Shown one piece after another: positions 10,909 to 23,946 of a DNA stretch of 52,255 nt. Each line of letters starts with the position of its first letter. The first letter of the stretch is position 1. Where the stretch lies: NCBI GenBank assembly GCA_973895155.1, contig OZ316893.1, forward strand, positions 17,773,481 through 17,825,735, in the 5' to 3' direction. A program made the translations under genes and the position numbers. The notes beneath the pieces are model-generated. The model was not told the DNA's origin, did no database searches, and saw only the letters and a list, made by a program, of their open reading frames with translations. This DNA comes from Marsupella aquatica (Eukaryota > Plantae > Marchantiophyta).

Positions 10909-12954
10909 ATAGGCGTACGGACGTGGGTGTACGGCCTCCAGATTTCCAACATTTTAGTGGGGGGTCACTCATGGGCTTGTTGGGATGAGCTCGCGGAGCT
11001 GATTCCAACAAGAGGCGGCGCTCCTCAAACGGAGCCAGGATGAGCAAGTTATGGCCTGGAGAACTTATGTTTTTGCGGTACGGAAACGGCCATAACTCAG
11101 GCGTCTGAAGTCCGTTGAGGGAGCGACTTAGTGATTCGGAAGCAGGAAAAGAAGAGCTATCCAGGGGTGAGCTCAGGTGTGCACTTGGAAGGGCACCTAG
11201 TTTCGGCCATTTTGGGGTGCCTCTCACTTTCAGGGTTCACGTGTACTGTTGGGGCGCCGTCGAAGGCACCGTCGGCCCCCTTGTTTTGGGTTTAGGGTTT
11301 TAGCAGCATGTGTGTGCCGCATGCTCCTCTTCAGTTTAAGGATTTCTCTTAGTGCAAGGTTTTAGCGGCGCCGCTAGGGTAGCCGCCACCGTTGTGACCC
11401 TGTGAGGGGTGCTTTGGTGTGATTTTTCAGTATTTAGGGGGATAGCCCCGAAGTAGTTAGGGGGACTCAGTGTGAAGTTAGCAAGGAGGGATAGAGTGGA
11501 GCCTGAGGAGTTTGAAAGCGTGTTCAGAGTAGTGAGGGGGAGCCATACTCATTGTCCGGAGAGGCAGGAGTTGAGTAGACGGCAGGAGGCCGGGTTACTC
11601 ATGCAATGTGTATCGTTTTTCCCAAGAGATATGGATCTGTACATTTGACTTGATGGGCTTTTGTTGTGTGTTCCTTCTCCCTTTTTCGCTTTCCGAATTG
11701 TGTTCTCCCGTTCTATGATTTGAAGAAACTTGCTTGGTTTGAGTCGGCCTTGTGAGTAGGGGTGGTGACAGCACTCTTTGGGTGACTCCGAGTGAAGGTG
11801 TAGTGGGGTAGTCGGCAGGACTTGATCAAAAGCTGTGGGGTGAGGGTAGTCGGTAGACTTGATCAAAACCTACATTTCCGGGAGCGGAAACCAAAATACT
11901 CATCCTGGTGTGAAAAGAATCCAAATAGCGTCCCTCCACGACCCCGTAATACGATACCAACGGTTTAAGCGAAGAAAAGTGCGGTTTGCACGTATTAACC
12001 GTTGGAGAGGCAAGTGACACGATCGTAGAATCCAGAGCGTACATATAACTATAACTGTACCACAAAGAAGGTACCTATTTGCTAGTGGCCGCCAAGAAGG
12101 TACAGATTTTGCACATCAACAAGGTACAGATTTTCCAGCAGCCGCCAAGAAGGTACATGCAAACTTTGGGGATCTAGTACATTCTCCAAGATTCCGTCCG
12201 GCCTTGCCTAAACTTCTTCTGTTGTGCGGCTTATAATCCCCTCTGAAAAAATTCCTGATTTGAAGGATGAACAAATTTTTGGCCTACTTCCTACTTGGCG
12301 AGGGTCTCTGACATGCGCACTATCTGGCTCTGTCGACAAGTCTATTTGTCCCATCGGGCGGTCTTTTCTACAACATAATTCATATTTTGGCGAGCCTCTA
12401 CGTGGTGGATTAAGGACTTCCTTGGTCATCAAGTGTCATTTACTTTTCATCCCAAGTCATTCTCGGCGGGGGTCTCCGAGATTCTAAGATGGATTCTCAT
12501 AGACTTTAATTAACCTAGAATCCTACTCGGCGAGGGTCTCTAACATGCGGTCGTGCTATCTGGCGAGCCTCTCTGTGGTGGATTAGGGACACCTAACACT
12601 TCCTCACTCAAAGTGTCATTTAGTTTCCACCCTAAATTATTCTTGGTGGGGGTCTTCGGGATGGACTCGGGTCATTTGGGGCAACAGTATTTGTACTTGG
12701 CAAGTGTATCCAAGTTGGTTTTGGTTCTCTTGTTGCCCTCGGTCCATTTTTACCCATGGTTTCCTAGTCATGGTTTTGTTACCTTTTGACCTTTAATCGT
12801 ACTTGGCGAGCCTCTCTAAGATGGATTTGGGCCTCATCGAGGATGGTAGATCTGTACGGACAGTGATCCGTACGGCATTTGATTGTAAAAACTTTAAAAA
12901 GTACTGTATGGTCAGGCTTTGCATGCACTTTTGGGTTCATCCTTGTATTTTGGC

Positions 12955-13680
12955 GAGGGTCTCTGACATTGAATGTGGGATAGAACCAAATTGGGTTCTT
13001 CCTTCAAAACGGAATACCCTTAATTTCATCTGAGAAAGGGTCTTTGAGAGACACTGTGTATGTTGTAGCTAACCCTTTAAAACTATTAAGAGGGTAGACA
13101 AGTTGTGTTGTCTGGCCAAACTATGCCCACGACTCCATCTCAAAGAGGGTCCTCGAGAGGCTGGGTCTCATCTGGAAACCTTTTTGACCCAAGCGGCGGT
13201 CTGGGAGAACTGATGTCTGGCCACTTGGGGCACACGGCTCCATCTCGAAGAGGGTCTCCGAGCAACTGGGTTGCAATCTTGCTTCCCTTTCCACCCAAGA
13301 TGCGATTAACAATTTTTGTCGTCTGGTTGCTTGGGCCACACCACTCCATCTCAGAGAGGGTCTTTGACATTGGATGTGGGATAGAATCAATTTGGGTCCT
13401 TCCTTTGAAATGGAATACCCTTAATTTCATCTCAGAGAGGGTCTTTGAGAGACACCGTGTATGTTGTAGCTAACTCTTTGAAATTGTTAAGAGGGTCAAC
13501 AAGTTGTGTCCTTTGGCCAAAGTACCCCCACGACTCCATCTCAGAGAGGGTCTCCGAGAGGCTAGGTCTCATCTGGCAACCTTTTTGACCAAAGAGGCAG
13601 TCTGGGAGAACTGATGTCTGGCCACTTGGGGCACACGGCTCCATCTCAGAGACGGTCTCCAAGAGGCTAGGTTGTGATCT
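12955..13680 (+). repeat. ~401-bp period direct duplication rich in the 23-bp palindrome
   Basis: GAGGGTCT.TGACATTG.ATGTGGGATAGAA...GGAATACCCTTAATTTCATC occurs at ~12955 and ~13356; downstream blocks are also duplicated. Confidence 0.8.
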
Positions 13681-14832
13681 CACGTACAAGGCGTACTTTT
13701 CTACCATGGAGTTCACTACGGTGTGGGACTTTTTTCTACTTCTCATATTTTACCATAAACCCTTAACCCTAAACTCCTCTTTACTAAAACAAAACCCTAA
13801 ACATAATTGGCCGCCTTTATTCAAGTGTCCTCCAGGAAACTCTCCTCCCTCCTCCAACAAACCCTCCTTCTCTTAACCCCAATTTCCTCTTTTAGTTAAG
13901 CCACCCAAATGATGACAAGTCTCAGTACGGCCCAGACTCCATTGTTGGCAATGGTCTCCAAGAATGGTATAATTGTGGGCAACAATTTCCTCTTTGAGTT
14001 GAGGCACCAAGATGTTGACACATCTCAGTAGGCCTTGGAATGAAATGACGGCAAGGGTCTCCTAGATTCAGACTCGTTTTGAGCTGTTGACCAAAGTCCC
14101 TAATTGTACCCTAAATGTACCCTAAACTTTCCCGTACTAGTGGTCAGTACTCAAGTTAGCATTGCGTACTTTCTTGTTTGGGCCGTTAACAACATGTACG
14201 TATCCAAGTATAGTTAGGATCTCCCGTATCCATTGCGTACTTTAGTGTTGTGCAGTACGTGCGGTACGTTATTCCTTGAGGTGGATGTTGTTCCTTCCTC
14301 GTCACTCTTCCATGGTGTGACATTAGGTTTGGCACTTATCTCAATCACTAATTCTTGGACCTCCTCACTCGTCTACGCTCTGATCCCGGGTCTGATCCGT
14401 GCTCTTCCTCAATCTTTGCATATTGGTCTGCGCAATCTCTCACTTCTCCCGTGCTATTCCTACTCTTTTTCAGTCATCCCACTCACAATAAACTCTCGTG
14501 TGCAACCCTATTATTGTGTCTATTGGATTCTGTTGGTGTTTTGAGGCAGTGAGCTAGTGGTAGCTTCTCCATGAGCGTTTGCAACAATGATTTTTTGTGA
14601 GCATTTGCGTTGGTGATTCTCTCAAGTTTTTCTCTTGGCTCCCCCTTTTTCTTGATATGTCAAATCAATTTGTACATGAATTGAATGTGTGAAAGGCTGG
14701 ACCCCGCGTATCCTTGAAAACTGGCTCTCTCGGCGGGGCTCGCTGATATCTCCTCAGGTATATAGGTCAAGCTTACCTTAGAGCTATTGCCGAGTAATAA
14801 CTCTTTCATTTCTCATGTAATCTTAGGTCAAA

Positions 14833-17800
14833 ATGCCAAAGAGGAAAGACACGACTGGAGCTGGACCTGCCAACAGCCAAACTTCTTAGCGGAGTAAGAA
14901 AGCACAATCCAAGTCTCCTTCGCCAGCATGTCTCAATTGACATGCTCACAGGGTGGTCCCCTTATGGAGTCAGTCGACTCCAGGAGGAAGTTTGAGCCAA
15001 AGTAGATATCATTTGAGCCTATTGGAGTGGCGAAATTGGCTGATATTGCTGAGAAGGGAGCTTGGGAGTTGATTGTCTCCAAGTATGAGACAAAGTTTAG
15101 TAAGGATCCACCTAGGATCCCCTTGTGCCGGCTCATGCCAATGGAGGCAGTCAAGAATCTTCAGGATGAGTCTGTTGCAAAATTAAAGAAAGGATTCAAA
15201 GAGAGCGGCTATGTTGTAAAGCTCAGCGAGTTCCACATCACGTATTGAGTTCAATGAAACCAAGGAAACGCAGACAATGATAGACTTCAAGCCATTTTGG
15301 GACCCTCTATGGACAAAGCTCAGTGAACAATTTGAGCAAGAGTGTGATGCATCAGAGGAGTTCAAAGTCCTTAAGGACAAGATGTTTTGGGTTTTGATGG
15401 AAACCACAGATACACAGCCTGGTCCGCAATTGCTTCTGAGTATCCGGATCAATTGCAATACCATCCATGCGTCAGACTCTCTCTTTTGAATGTTGGGAAA
15501 GATGGATTCAAGAAGGTTGAGCAAGCAATGCACGCTCTAAACTTTTAAGTACTCTCATTTGCGTCTTTTTGCAAAATGTGATTACCCATTTGTGTAAACC
15601 TTGTGTGCCATCTTGGAGAGCCTCTCTAATATTGCCGTTATGAAAAGGCTCTTCAATGCTAGACCTAAGAGTATTGTTTGTCATTTCCAGGATAAGTGCG
15701 ACTATCGTGAAGACGTCTTGGTTTAATGACGCTGATCAAGTTGCAAAGCTATTGAACACTCCATTGGAGGAATACAGTTTGCTTATGTCAAAGGAGACAA
15801 TGGAGGCTTTCATGAAGGCCCAAAATTGAGGACATGCTAGGAAGACTTGGTACTCAAAGAATATGACCAAAGAAGCCGTTGTGTACATCATGTCTTGGTC
15901 AAACATTGAAGTGGGACGAATCAATATCTCCAAGGAGATGGCACAATATGCAGCTCGTGGGCACCCATGGAGTGTGAAGAGAACTGAGGAGGAGACAGAG
16001 GCAATGATTATTGTTGCATGCAAGGCTTGGGACAACAAGTTCCCCAAGCTTGCAGCCTACGTGAATCCGGCCAATGGAGAGCAATTCATGCCGGTATGTC
16101 GGCAGCTATATCACAAGTTGTCAAAGGACGCCAAGCAAGCAGGGTGTGATGAATGTACAGGTTGGCTTGGACAGGGTCCGCTTGTTTGCTGGAGCTTGGG
16201 TAACTGCAGAGTGCAGAGTAAAGCTATTGAAAGCTCATTTTGGAACAGAGGAAGAGAAGAGTATGTATCACCATCCACGTAGCAAGGGTATGCAGCAATT
16301 AGATCCTGGTTGGCAGTCTGGTCAATGTGGTGTTACATTGACCACGTTGGTTGTGTGATTTTGTCCAATTTTGCTGCAAAGGCCTACCAAAGATATATGT
16401 ACCGTGAGTTTTCCAGGATAGAGGAGGAATTTGCAGAGCTCTACAAAAGGCTTTATTGAGCTTATGTGCAAGAGAAATCATTGAAACTAGGCGGGGAAAT
16501 TTGGATTGATGGAAAGGCCACGGTCTTGTTAAAAGAAATGTGGAAAAAGCAAACAAAGAGGTGTGTGATAAGATTTATGATCCATCAGGAGAACATGAAC
16601 GCATTGATCTGTATTGAAAGAGCTGCCATGGGCACTCACATCTTGGATGGAGCCAAAAGGGAGCCTTAGCATGTATGTGATGGCCAGATTCCTAATGGCA
16701 GAGTAGTCAAAACTCCCTATGGTATATGGAGTACCGTGACTGGAATACTTTTATCGATGACACTGAGAAGGAGTGTGCAATGAAGCTGAAGGCCCGGCTG
16801 AAGGACCAACAGGAGCCTACAAATTACTATGATATATCCAGGCTACGACAATTGTTGGACTCTATGCCCCAGGCAATAGCGCTGGAGGCCATAATCCCAA
16901 TGGACCCAGCCTATGATGGGAAAAAGGCCCAAAAGGAAGGAGGCGACAAGAAGGTCGACAAGGAACAATCCACCAAGGCCAAACTGTCAGATTCTATAAG
17001 CACTCCAACAAAGACCCCATCAGGTATTACTCAATTCCTTTTGCATTAGGTGGTGGCTTGCATTGGAAATAACCTTGGTTGGGGTCGTTGACATAACACT
17101 TAAAGGAATGAGGGTTTCATCTCGGTGAGGGTGGATGACATAGAACGTCTTTGAAATCCAGACCCCTCCACATGTCGGCAAGGCTCGCCGAGATTAAGTG
17201 TCCAGTCCAGTCCAGATGTTGGCGAGGCTCGCCGAGATGAAGCATTAGTTGAGTAATAAGTTGCTTGCATATAATGAACCCGATCTTGGCAAGGCTTGCT
17301 AAGATGCAGTTGCCATGATGAAACTCATCAATTTGCATCATATGCAGGTTCTGTAGAGATCCAAACGGAACTTGGTTCTATCAAGAGCAAGGGTGTAGAG
17401 CCGGCTACAAAGGCAGCAGTTGAGGAAGGTCCAGGGGTTGAGCAGGGTCCAAGGCACAAGGGTACACAACCAATAGTCAAGCTAGGTCTAGACAAGGCTC
17501 CACTGCTAGAATTTGACTTGCCTCCGCATGAGGCTCCTAAAGTACAAGATGAATTGGCTGACGAGCAGCAAGGTGAGGATGATTTGGGTGAGCGAGAGGA
17601 AGAGGAAGATGAAGGGCGCTTGTCTGATATCTCTCCTACGCCTTACCGGCCACCATTACTATCACGGAAAAAGGAAAAGGCCATAAAAAGAAAGCAAACT
17701 AGGCGACCCAAAGCTCCCAACGGGTGTCCAAGCAAAGCACGTGACAAGGAATTTCCTCCTCTTCCTTCCCCCATTGTATCGCCTCCCTTGCCCGGCACTG

Positions 17801-18927
17801 GAGAGGTTCCGCCCACAACCATCCAACCTGACCCCACATTGGAAAATGAGGAGGATCAAGAGGCATGTGCAGAAGAGGATAATATAGAGGTGGAAGGAGT
17901 AAGGCATTCTTACGCCGATACCTTGTCTTCCCAAAGTAGACATATGTATTTTAGGTGGTCTCCAAATCTGCTTACAACTTTTTTTGATGCGGCTAAAGAA
18001 GGTACCAAACCCCCTGTAGTTAGTCAATTGATCTCATGGTGCAAAAAGCTATTGCGGGAAGGTTTGCATCAAAATGCCTGGAGAAAAGGGGGGAAATGAG
18101 TCAAGACTGGTGCAAATTTAATTCTGATACATATGGGAACAGAAAGTCAGTCCACCCCATTGTGGAATTTGTTCCGGGAGGATGATTTGAATCGGGTTCA
18201 GGAGTTTGCTCAAGATGTCCATGATTGCAAGGGACTATTTGCCATTGTGCATAGTGGTTCGCTTTGGCACTTGACTTGCATTTATGATGCATTAGTTTAC
18301 AAGAATACCAACTGGGGGTTGAGAGAAAGCTTCTTTATCTGGAATGACACACCCACCTATGATGGTAGGACTAGGAAGCGAGTAAGTCCCATCAATTACC
18401 TACTTCTTCCAATGACTAAGGAAGTCTAACCTCTGAATGTGTTTGGCCGATCCAGAGTGAATATCTCAAGCTAGACCTATGGGGGTTTAAGTTTGTTGTA
18501 GAGCTCATGCCCAAAGGATGATGTGGAGCCAATTAGTGCAGAGCTCGATATGAAGAGCAAGAATGGGCTAACAAACTATACAACCAAGAAGAATCAGGTT
18601 AACAATCCTTTTGCGAGCATATTTTTGCCAGCAATGCTCCAATGTATCATTGAATATACAACACAGCTAGGGGCAACTATCCTCACTTTCAATGCACAGT
18701 TAGGGGCAATATTCAAGGCGGGTGAGAACTACGGGCGGATGGTGTTTGGGACTAAATCCTATCCACACTTTGGAACTTGTGCACAAGACCAACTAGCAGA
18801 ACTGGTTGGAGTGCTCTCCCCGGAGGAGGAAGAGGTATTGGTGGTCCATTCAAAAACCAATCCAGAAAAGTGCAAGAAGAAAAAGCTAGCATTACTCCCA
18901 ACAACATGTAAGTTTTCTGGCGTTTGA
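14833..18927 (+). pseudogene. ParB/Srx-like plus N6/N4 DNA-methyltransferase-like gene, copy A (degenerate, intron-containing)
   Basis: RIPLCRLMPMEAVK...; MFWV(F)DGNHRYTAW at 15396-15410 across a frameshift; TPLWN...; C-terminal LQCIIEYTTQLGATILTFNAQLGAIFKAGENYGRMVFG resembling the motif-I region of beta-class amino-MTases. Colinear with copy B. GT-AG introns apparent (~15548-15690, ~17024-17348). Confidence 0.65.
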
Positions 18928-19010
18928 CGTTGTTCATTTCATATTTGCTTGCTCATCGCAATGGTTGACAATAGAGAAATACAAGTAAGTAGCCTGGTCG
19001 AGATGTATGC

Positions 19011-19183
19011 ATGTCGGCTGACCTTGCTGACAATCATAGCGTCTGGCCTCCTCTACAAGCGAGGGCAAGTCCTAACTTGAGATGCATGTTGGCGGACCTC
19101 GCCAACATGCAAAGTGTCTGGCCTCCTCTACAAGCGAGGGCAAGTCGGGCAAGTCCTAACTTGAGATGCATGGTGGCAGACCC
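19011..19183 (+). repeat. 75-bp tandem array containing the 23-bp palindrome, split by the inner MULE (continues at 40301-40395)
   Basis: Unit ...CCTCCTCTACAAGCGAGGGCAAGTCCTAACTTGAGATGC starts at 19011 and 19086 and resumes at ~40310. Joining 19183 to 40309 restores a palindrome copy. Confidence 0.75.
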
Positions 19184-19909
19184 GGGTATAGCAACGGAGA
19201 CAGGAAACAAGCTAACCGGAAATTTGTTTCCTGTTTCAAATATGCTGTTACCAGGAAAAAACTGCTTGTACCATGGGGAGAAAACATAGTATCAAGAGTT
19301 TCTTAATTTTTAATAAGTGTAGAATTGTAAATTTTGGAAGTTGTCCATTGCGGTTATGGAGGATACATTGTCATGAATTGTTGAGTTGTAAACAAACATT
19401 CCAAGAAGTTGGCCTCAGACAATGGTTGAATATGAAATAATTCTGCTAATGTATCATTTATTTGCAATGTTCTTCAACGTCAAACTTGAACCACATAATA
19501 ATTGAACCTCATATCCCACAACAAAGAAGGGGTGCATACATAAAAATGTCAAGGAATGCGCACAAACATGGTAGGTCCCACCACAATTTGGAACAAAATA
19601 AATGAAAATAACACAATATGAACCCAAAAAAATAATTTATTGTATTATATGGTCCAAAAGAAAAGCGAACAATGTCTTGACTAGCACCTGGCGCTAGTTA
19701 ACCGGTATTTAGGAAACAAATAGTTGGCAATGACAAAATCAGGCACAACACAATGAAAACACATGGTGTCTCCAGAAGGACAAAATTATTAGCGCTTGGC
19801 GCTAACAAAAATAGAACGCAACATGTACATAACACTATACCGTTGACATACGACAAAATCAATATAACCATTTGGACCAATAGGACAATCGAGAGCATCA
19901 TGACTCAAA

Positions 19910-22214
19910 CTATAAACCATGAGCATTTTGCCTCTCTAATATGAGCCGGACCTCTCCAACAGTGAGAATTGGTTGGCTGGTCAATGTAGATTCCTCAATG
20001 TCTAGTTTGAAAACGGTAAGGAAAATCCAATACAAATGTTTGCAAGGCATATATGGATGTTTTTGAGAATGACGCCGGTTGAAATCCTCACAAGAGCAAG
20101 TTGGGAAAATGCAAATCTGAACAAAGTAACAATTTGGCGTCCGCATATTTTCGTGCGTTTGCACCTTGAACTGCTTTCCCCATGCATTCCCAATAGAGAC
20201 ATCCCACTTTCCTTAAATGGACATCGTCTTTTTTTTTGCAGACTCAATTCTGTTCATGTGACCTTGGGTAAGAGTCGACCAAGGAACCGTATTCCTCCCA
20301 TTCTGGCTTTGGAGACGAACATTGGGTTCGAGAAGATTGACATTTTCTGGAAAGATATTGACATTGATTCAAAGATCAAAATCCAATAGGGGAATAGGAG
20401 TAGATTCATTTCCACAGACTAGTGAGATTCCGTTCTCAAGAAGATAATGCATCTCGTCTTCCAAAACATGTGCCTTTTAAAATGAGAAGATCATCAGGGA
20501 AAGGGGGCAGATTCAATACACCATGATGCGGACGGCGCGGCTTCTGTAACATGCATTGTTTGGGCAAAACCAAATCATTTTGGTTATGGGTTCCCCCCTA
20601 AACATGAGTTGTCCTTTGACAACAATGCCGATAACACCATTTGCTGAGGGAAATCCTACTTTTTCACCCGATTGCGACACTTGTCTCTTTGAGAATTATG
20701 GGCAAATGATCCATTGCACTGAGGACTAGCGCCAAATTTTGAAGTTCAACGTAAGTGCCATGCAGCTGGAGTGACCTCGGTCTCGCGGACATGACACTCT
20801 TGTAACGGTTGCTGAAGCATAGAGGGAGCACTTTGGAGCTACCTTGTTGACGCGTTCGGTCTCGAGTAGGAGGGGTATTGAAATCGACATCTTCTCCACT
20901 ACCCAAAATATCACTTCTAGACAGATTAACAGCATGAACAACCTGAGGCATGGGGCCAAAAATAGCATCAAACATTGTGTGATTAAGATTCTTCCTTTTC
21001 ATCGATCTGGTATTTGGCGAGGTGACAAGGATTTTATCATGCCTATGGGAGTCTTGTGGCGAGATATTCCCAGATGCATGTCCTTTCCTCTTCAAAGATT
21101 TGGTGACCACGTCTCCATTGAGAGGTGCCTGTCTCTCTAAGTCAAACTCGGTAGCGTTGGATAGTAGCATATTCATTGCATCTTCAAACAACTTGGGAGA
21201 GCCTGCTTGGTCCGCTGATTGGAAAGCCAATTCCCAAATTGTTGGACCTTTTCCTCTGTTCAACCCTTTTCGATATGCAGTGTAAGTTGCAACCTGAGAA
21301 ATAGCTCAATTTTGGTCCATTTCACATGCCTCAAAGAGCCCAACCTTTTTTTTCATTACCCACGCTTTCATACTTGCATGAACGGACTCTGATCCTGTAC
21401 AATTAGGAATCTTAGCACTCTTGTTCTGCAATTATATAGAATAAAACGCCTATTAGGCAACAAGACAATACTAGCGCCAGGTGCTAGAGTAGTGGAGCCC
21501 GTACATAGAAGTAAAAAGTTGCAATGTAGATTACGGGACGGCTTATTGTGTCCTATTGTGTCACCTAACAATTGGAATAAATAATAGCGCCAGACGCTAG
21601 GAATAAAGGATGCTATGGTATTGTAATATTTAAAGTTGACACTATCAATACAATCATTCTATAATGATAATATAGCAGCGCTTGGCGCTAGCAATATTTC
21701 AAAAACGGAAAGGAAAATAAAACAACTTACCAAACGAATAAAATTTCTCCATTGCCCCCATCTGACGACCTACCATACTCTGAAGCATCCGGAGCTTCTC
21801 GGGGACACAGTTACCGGACTGCCACCACAAATCAATCTCCCTTGAAAGTCTGTAAGCATTTTGCATCTTATCCCAAAGCCTGCGATGCTCTGCTTGACTC
21901 TCTTCTAACACTCCTTCAACTGAATGGCGATGGAAGGCTTGGTAGAAATGAAATGCGTCTGTTTGCTCATGCTCTGGGTTGGGATGCCCTCCAAAGAAGA
22001 CATTTTGGACTGCCAACCACCCAGATTGGGCGTTGTCCGCCATGAATCCATGAACGATTGGATTTTCCAACCCATTCTCCTTGGACACCTCAATCATTAG
22101 TCTCCAAGCCTTCTCAAAGGACTCTGTATCCTCAGCTTTTAGTTCCCAAGTGAATAAAGTACATAAAGCACGATAGTTGTGATCATAAATATGTGCACTA
22201 AGAGTAACCCAGTC
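19910..22214 (-). pseudogene. MULE transposase family B, C-terminal part (DDE core remainder and SWIM finger)
   Basis: DWVTLSAHIYD...GFMADNAQSGWLAVQNVF...DAFHFYQA (MULE D...D...C/DxxH pattern) and FPTCSCEDF...PCKHLYWIF (SWIM). Frameshifts and stops present. Confidence 0.8.
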
Positions 22215-23051
22215 TGTCACACCATCGGCCTAGTCCTTAGGCTGATCTACATCTAAGACGGACACTTCCCTTGCTAGTATTCGGGTTTGGGCAGGGAGGG
22301 ATGTGCGGAGTGCGTATAATTCTCCCAAACTAGCGCTAAGTGCGCATACATTTACTTACGAGCACGCTTAGGTATGCTTTGTGTTCCGCCGCCGGAACGT
22401 ACCTCAGTCGACACGGGGTCAACCCCGGCTTATGGACTTCTAAGCCTTTGTGTTACCGCCTTTGATCCGGATCCATTAGTACAAGTGCTCAACCCTGGCT
22501 CGCAACCCCGTACCCGTAACCTGCACCCCGTGCACGCTTGGCATAACGTGTTTGGCCCGACATTGATACTTGCACACGAGACTCATACATGCATTCATAC
22601 ATAACAGAAATCTTGATTTACACGAAGGAATTGAGGAGAAAGGATTTCATTCATATATGATCATACACTTACAATTGGGTGACCCGACACCTTGTGAATG
22701 AATGGGCCCAAGGCCGAGGAGTATACACTACAACGGAGCCCGGCTCCGCACTTGCCCGACGAGCTTAGTTGTATACCCTCCCCTTGGCACTCCGGCACTT
22801 CACCAAGTTCAGGACTTCCCCCCGCGTACCGCGAATGGCCAACTGTTATACTAAGGGCTGAGGACCAGCTTGGCCTCATGCCCAAATCTACGCTAACTTA
22901 TATCCTTGCTAAGCTGAGTACGGCTTGTCCTATAAGTCTAACATATTCTACACAGGCTGGCTAATGTGTCAGCGTCGCTATCTTCTGGCCGGCACTTGTC
23001 CTAATAGGCTGTTTTAGCTACTCCTAGTTCTATTCTAAGCCTAACCCTTGG

Positions 23052-23941
23052 CTAATGCCTGGTGCGCTTGCCAGAGCCATCTGAGTGGGAGCAGCCATCC
23101 CGCTGCCTACAGAGTCTGTCGTTGTCCATCTTGAGGAGTTGGACTTGGTCTAGCAGAGATTTGTTCTCTCGCTTTGCCGCATCCGTCTCCTCAACTGCCT
23201 CTTGGCATGCCTCTTCCAGTTGCTGGGTGTTGCTCGTCAGCTTGTCCATCATGTGGTTCTGCTTCTCGACTTTGGTTTGAAGCCACCCTACTTTGGCCTT
23301 TAGGGCGGCAATCTCCGCAGTGTCACGCTGGTCCTGCTCGTCGGCCTCCTCCGGGTCTTTCTGCCAGATGACAGTTTGATTCTTCAAATTGTCAATCTGG
23401 GTCTGGAGCCGTGCAATCTCGGCCTCCTTCCCAACTTTGGCCTGTTCGGCTAAGGCGGTAAGGGCGTGCGCATTTGCTAACAACTCATCGGCGGCTACAA
23501 CCTTGGGTCGTAGTTGCAGAAGCTTAGCCTCTTGAGTCTCAATTTTGCCCTTTAGGTACACGGACTCCACCCGGTACCGCTCTATCCTCTTAAGGGCCTC
23601 CGACTGGGCCCGACCTGCCTTTACTGCGGTAACCAACTCCTGGTTGAAGAAGTAGGCTACCTTCCGGGCCATGAACTCCCTGGTATCCCGGGCAATCTGT
23701 TGGGAGAAGTCTCCCAACAGCCCGTTCAGAAATGTACCCGGTACAAAGAGTTTTGGGTGGTCCAGGTTGTGCCCGTCCGGAGTTGGGCATGGGCAGACGT
23801 CAACTCGCGCGGGAGCCGGGGTAGTGACATCCAGCCCTGGGGATGTAGTGTTGGAAGGGGCTTGGGTGCCCTCCTCCATCATCGTGTTGTCCTCTGGAAT
23901 AGCCATCGGTGGGTCTTCTGGACCCTCGGGCTCGGGCAAGG
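23052..23941 (-). pseudogene. C-terminal coiled-coil part of the ORF of the 22215-32279 unit
   Basis: 295-aa open piece with long coiled coil. It joins in frame to 28612 after removing the inner insertion (QVGPSAEVGAVE|ALPEPEGPEDPP). Confidence 0.7.
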
Positions 23942-23946
23942 CCTCC

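Larger units (their letters stand above)
7946..12019 (+). mobile_element. Solo LTR (4074 bp) of the Gypsy element at 42862
   Basis: TGTGAC...GTGACA termini, perfect 5-bp TSD CGATC (7941-7945 and 12020-12024), near-identical to 42862-46935 (offset 34916), no PBS or internal region after it. Confidence 0.95.
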
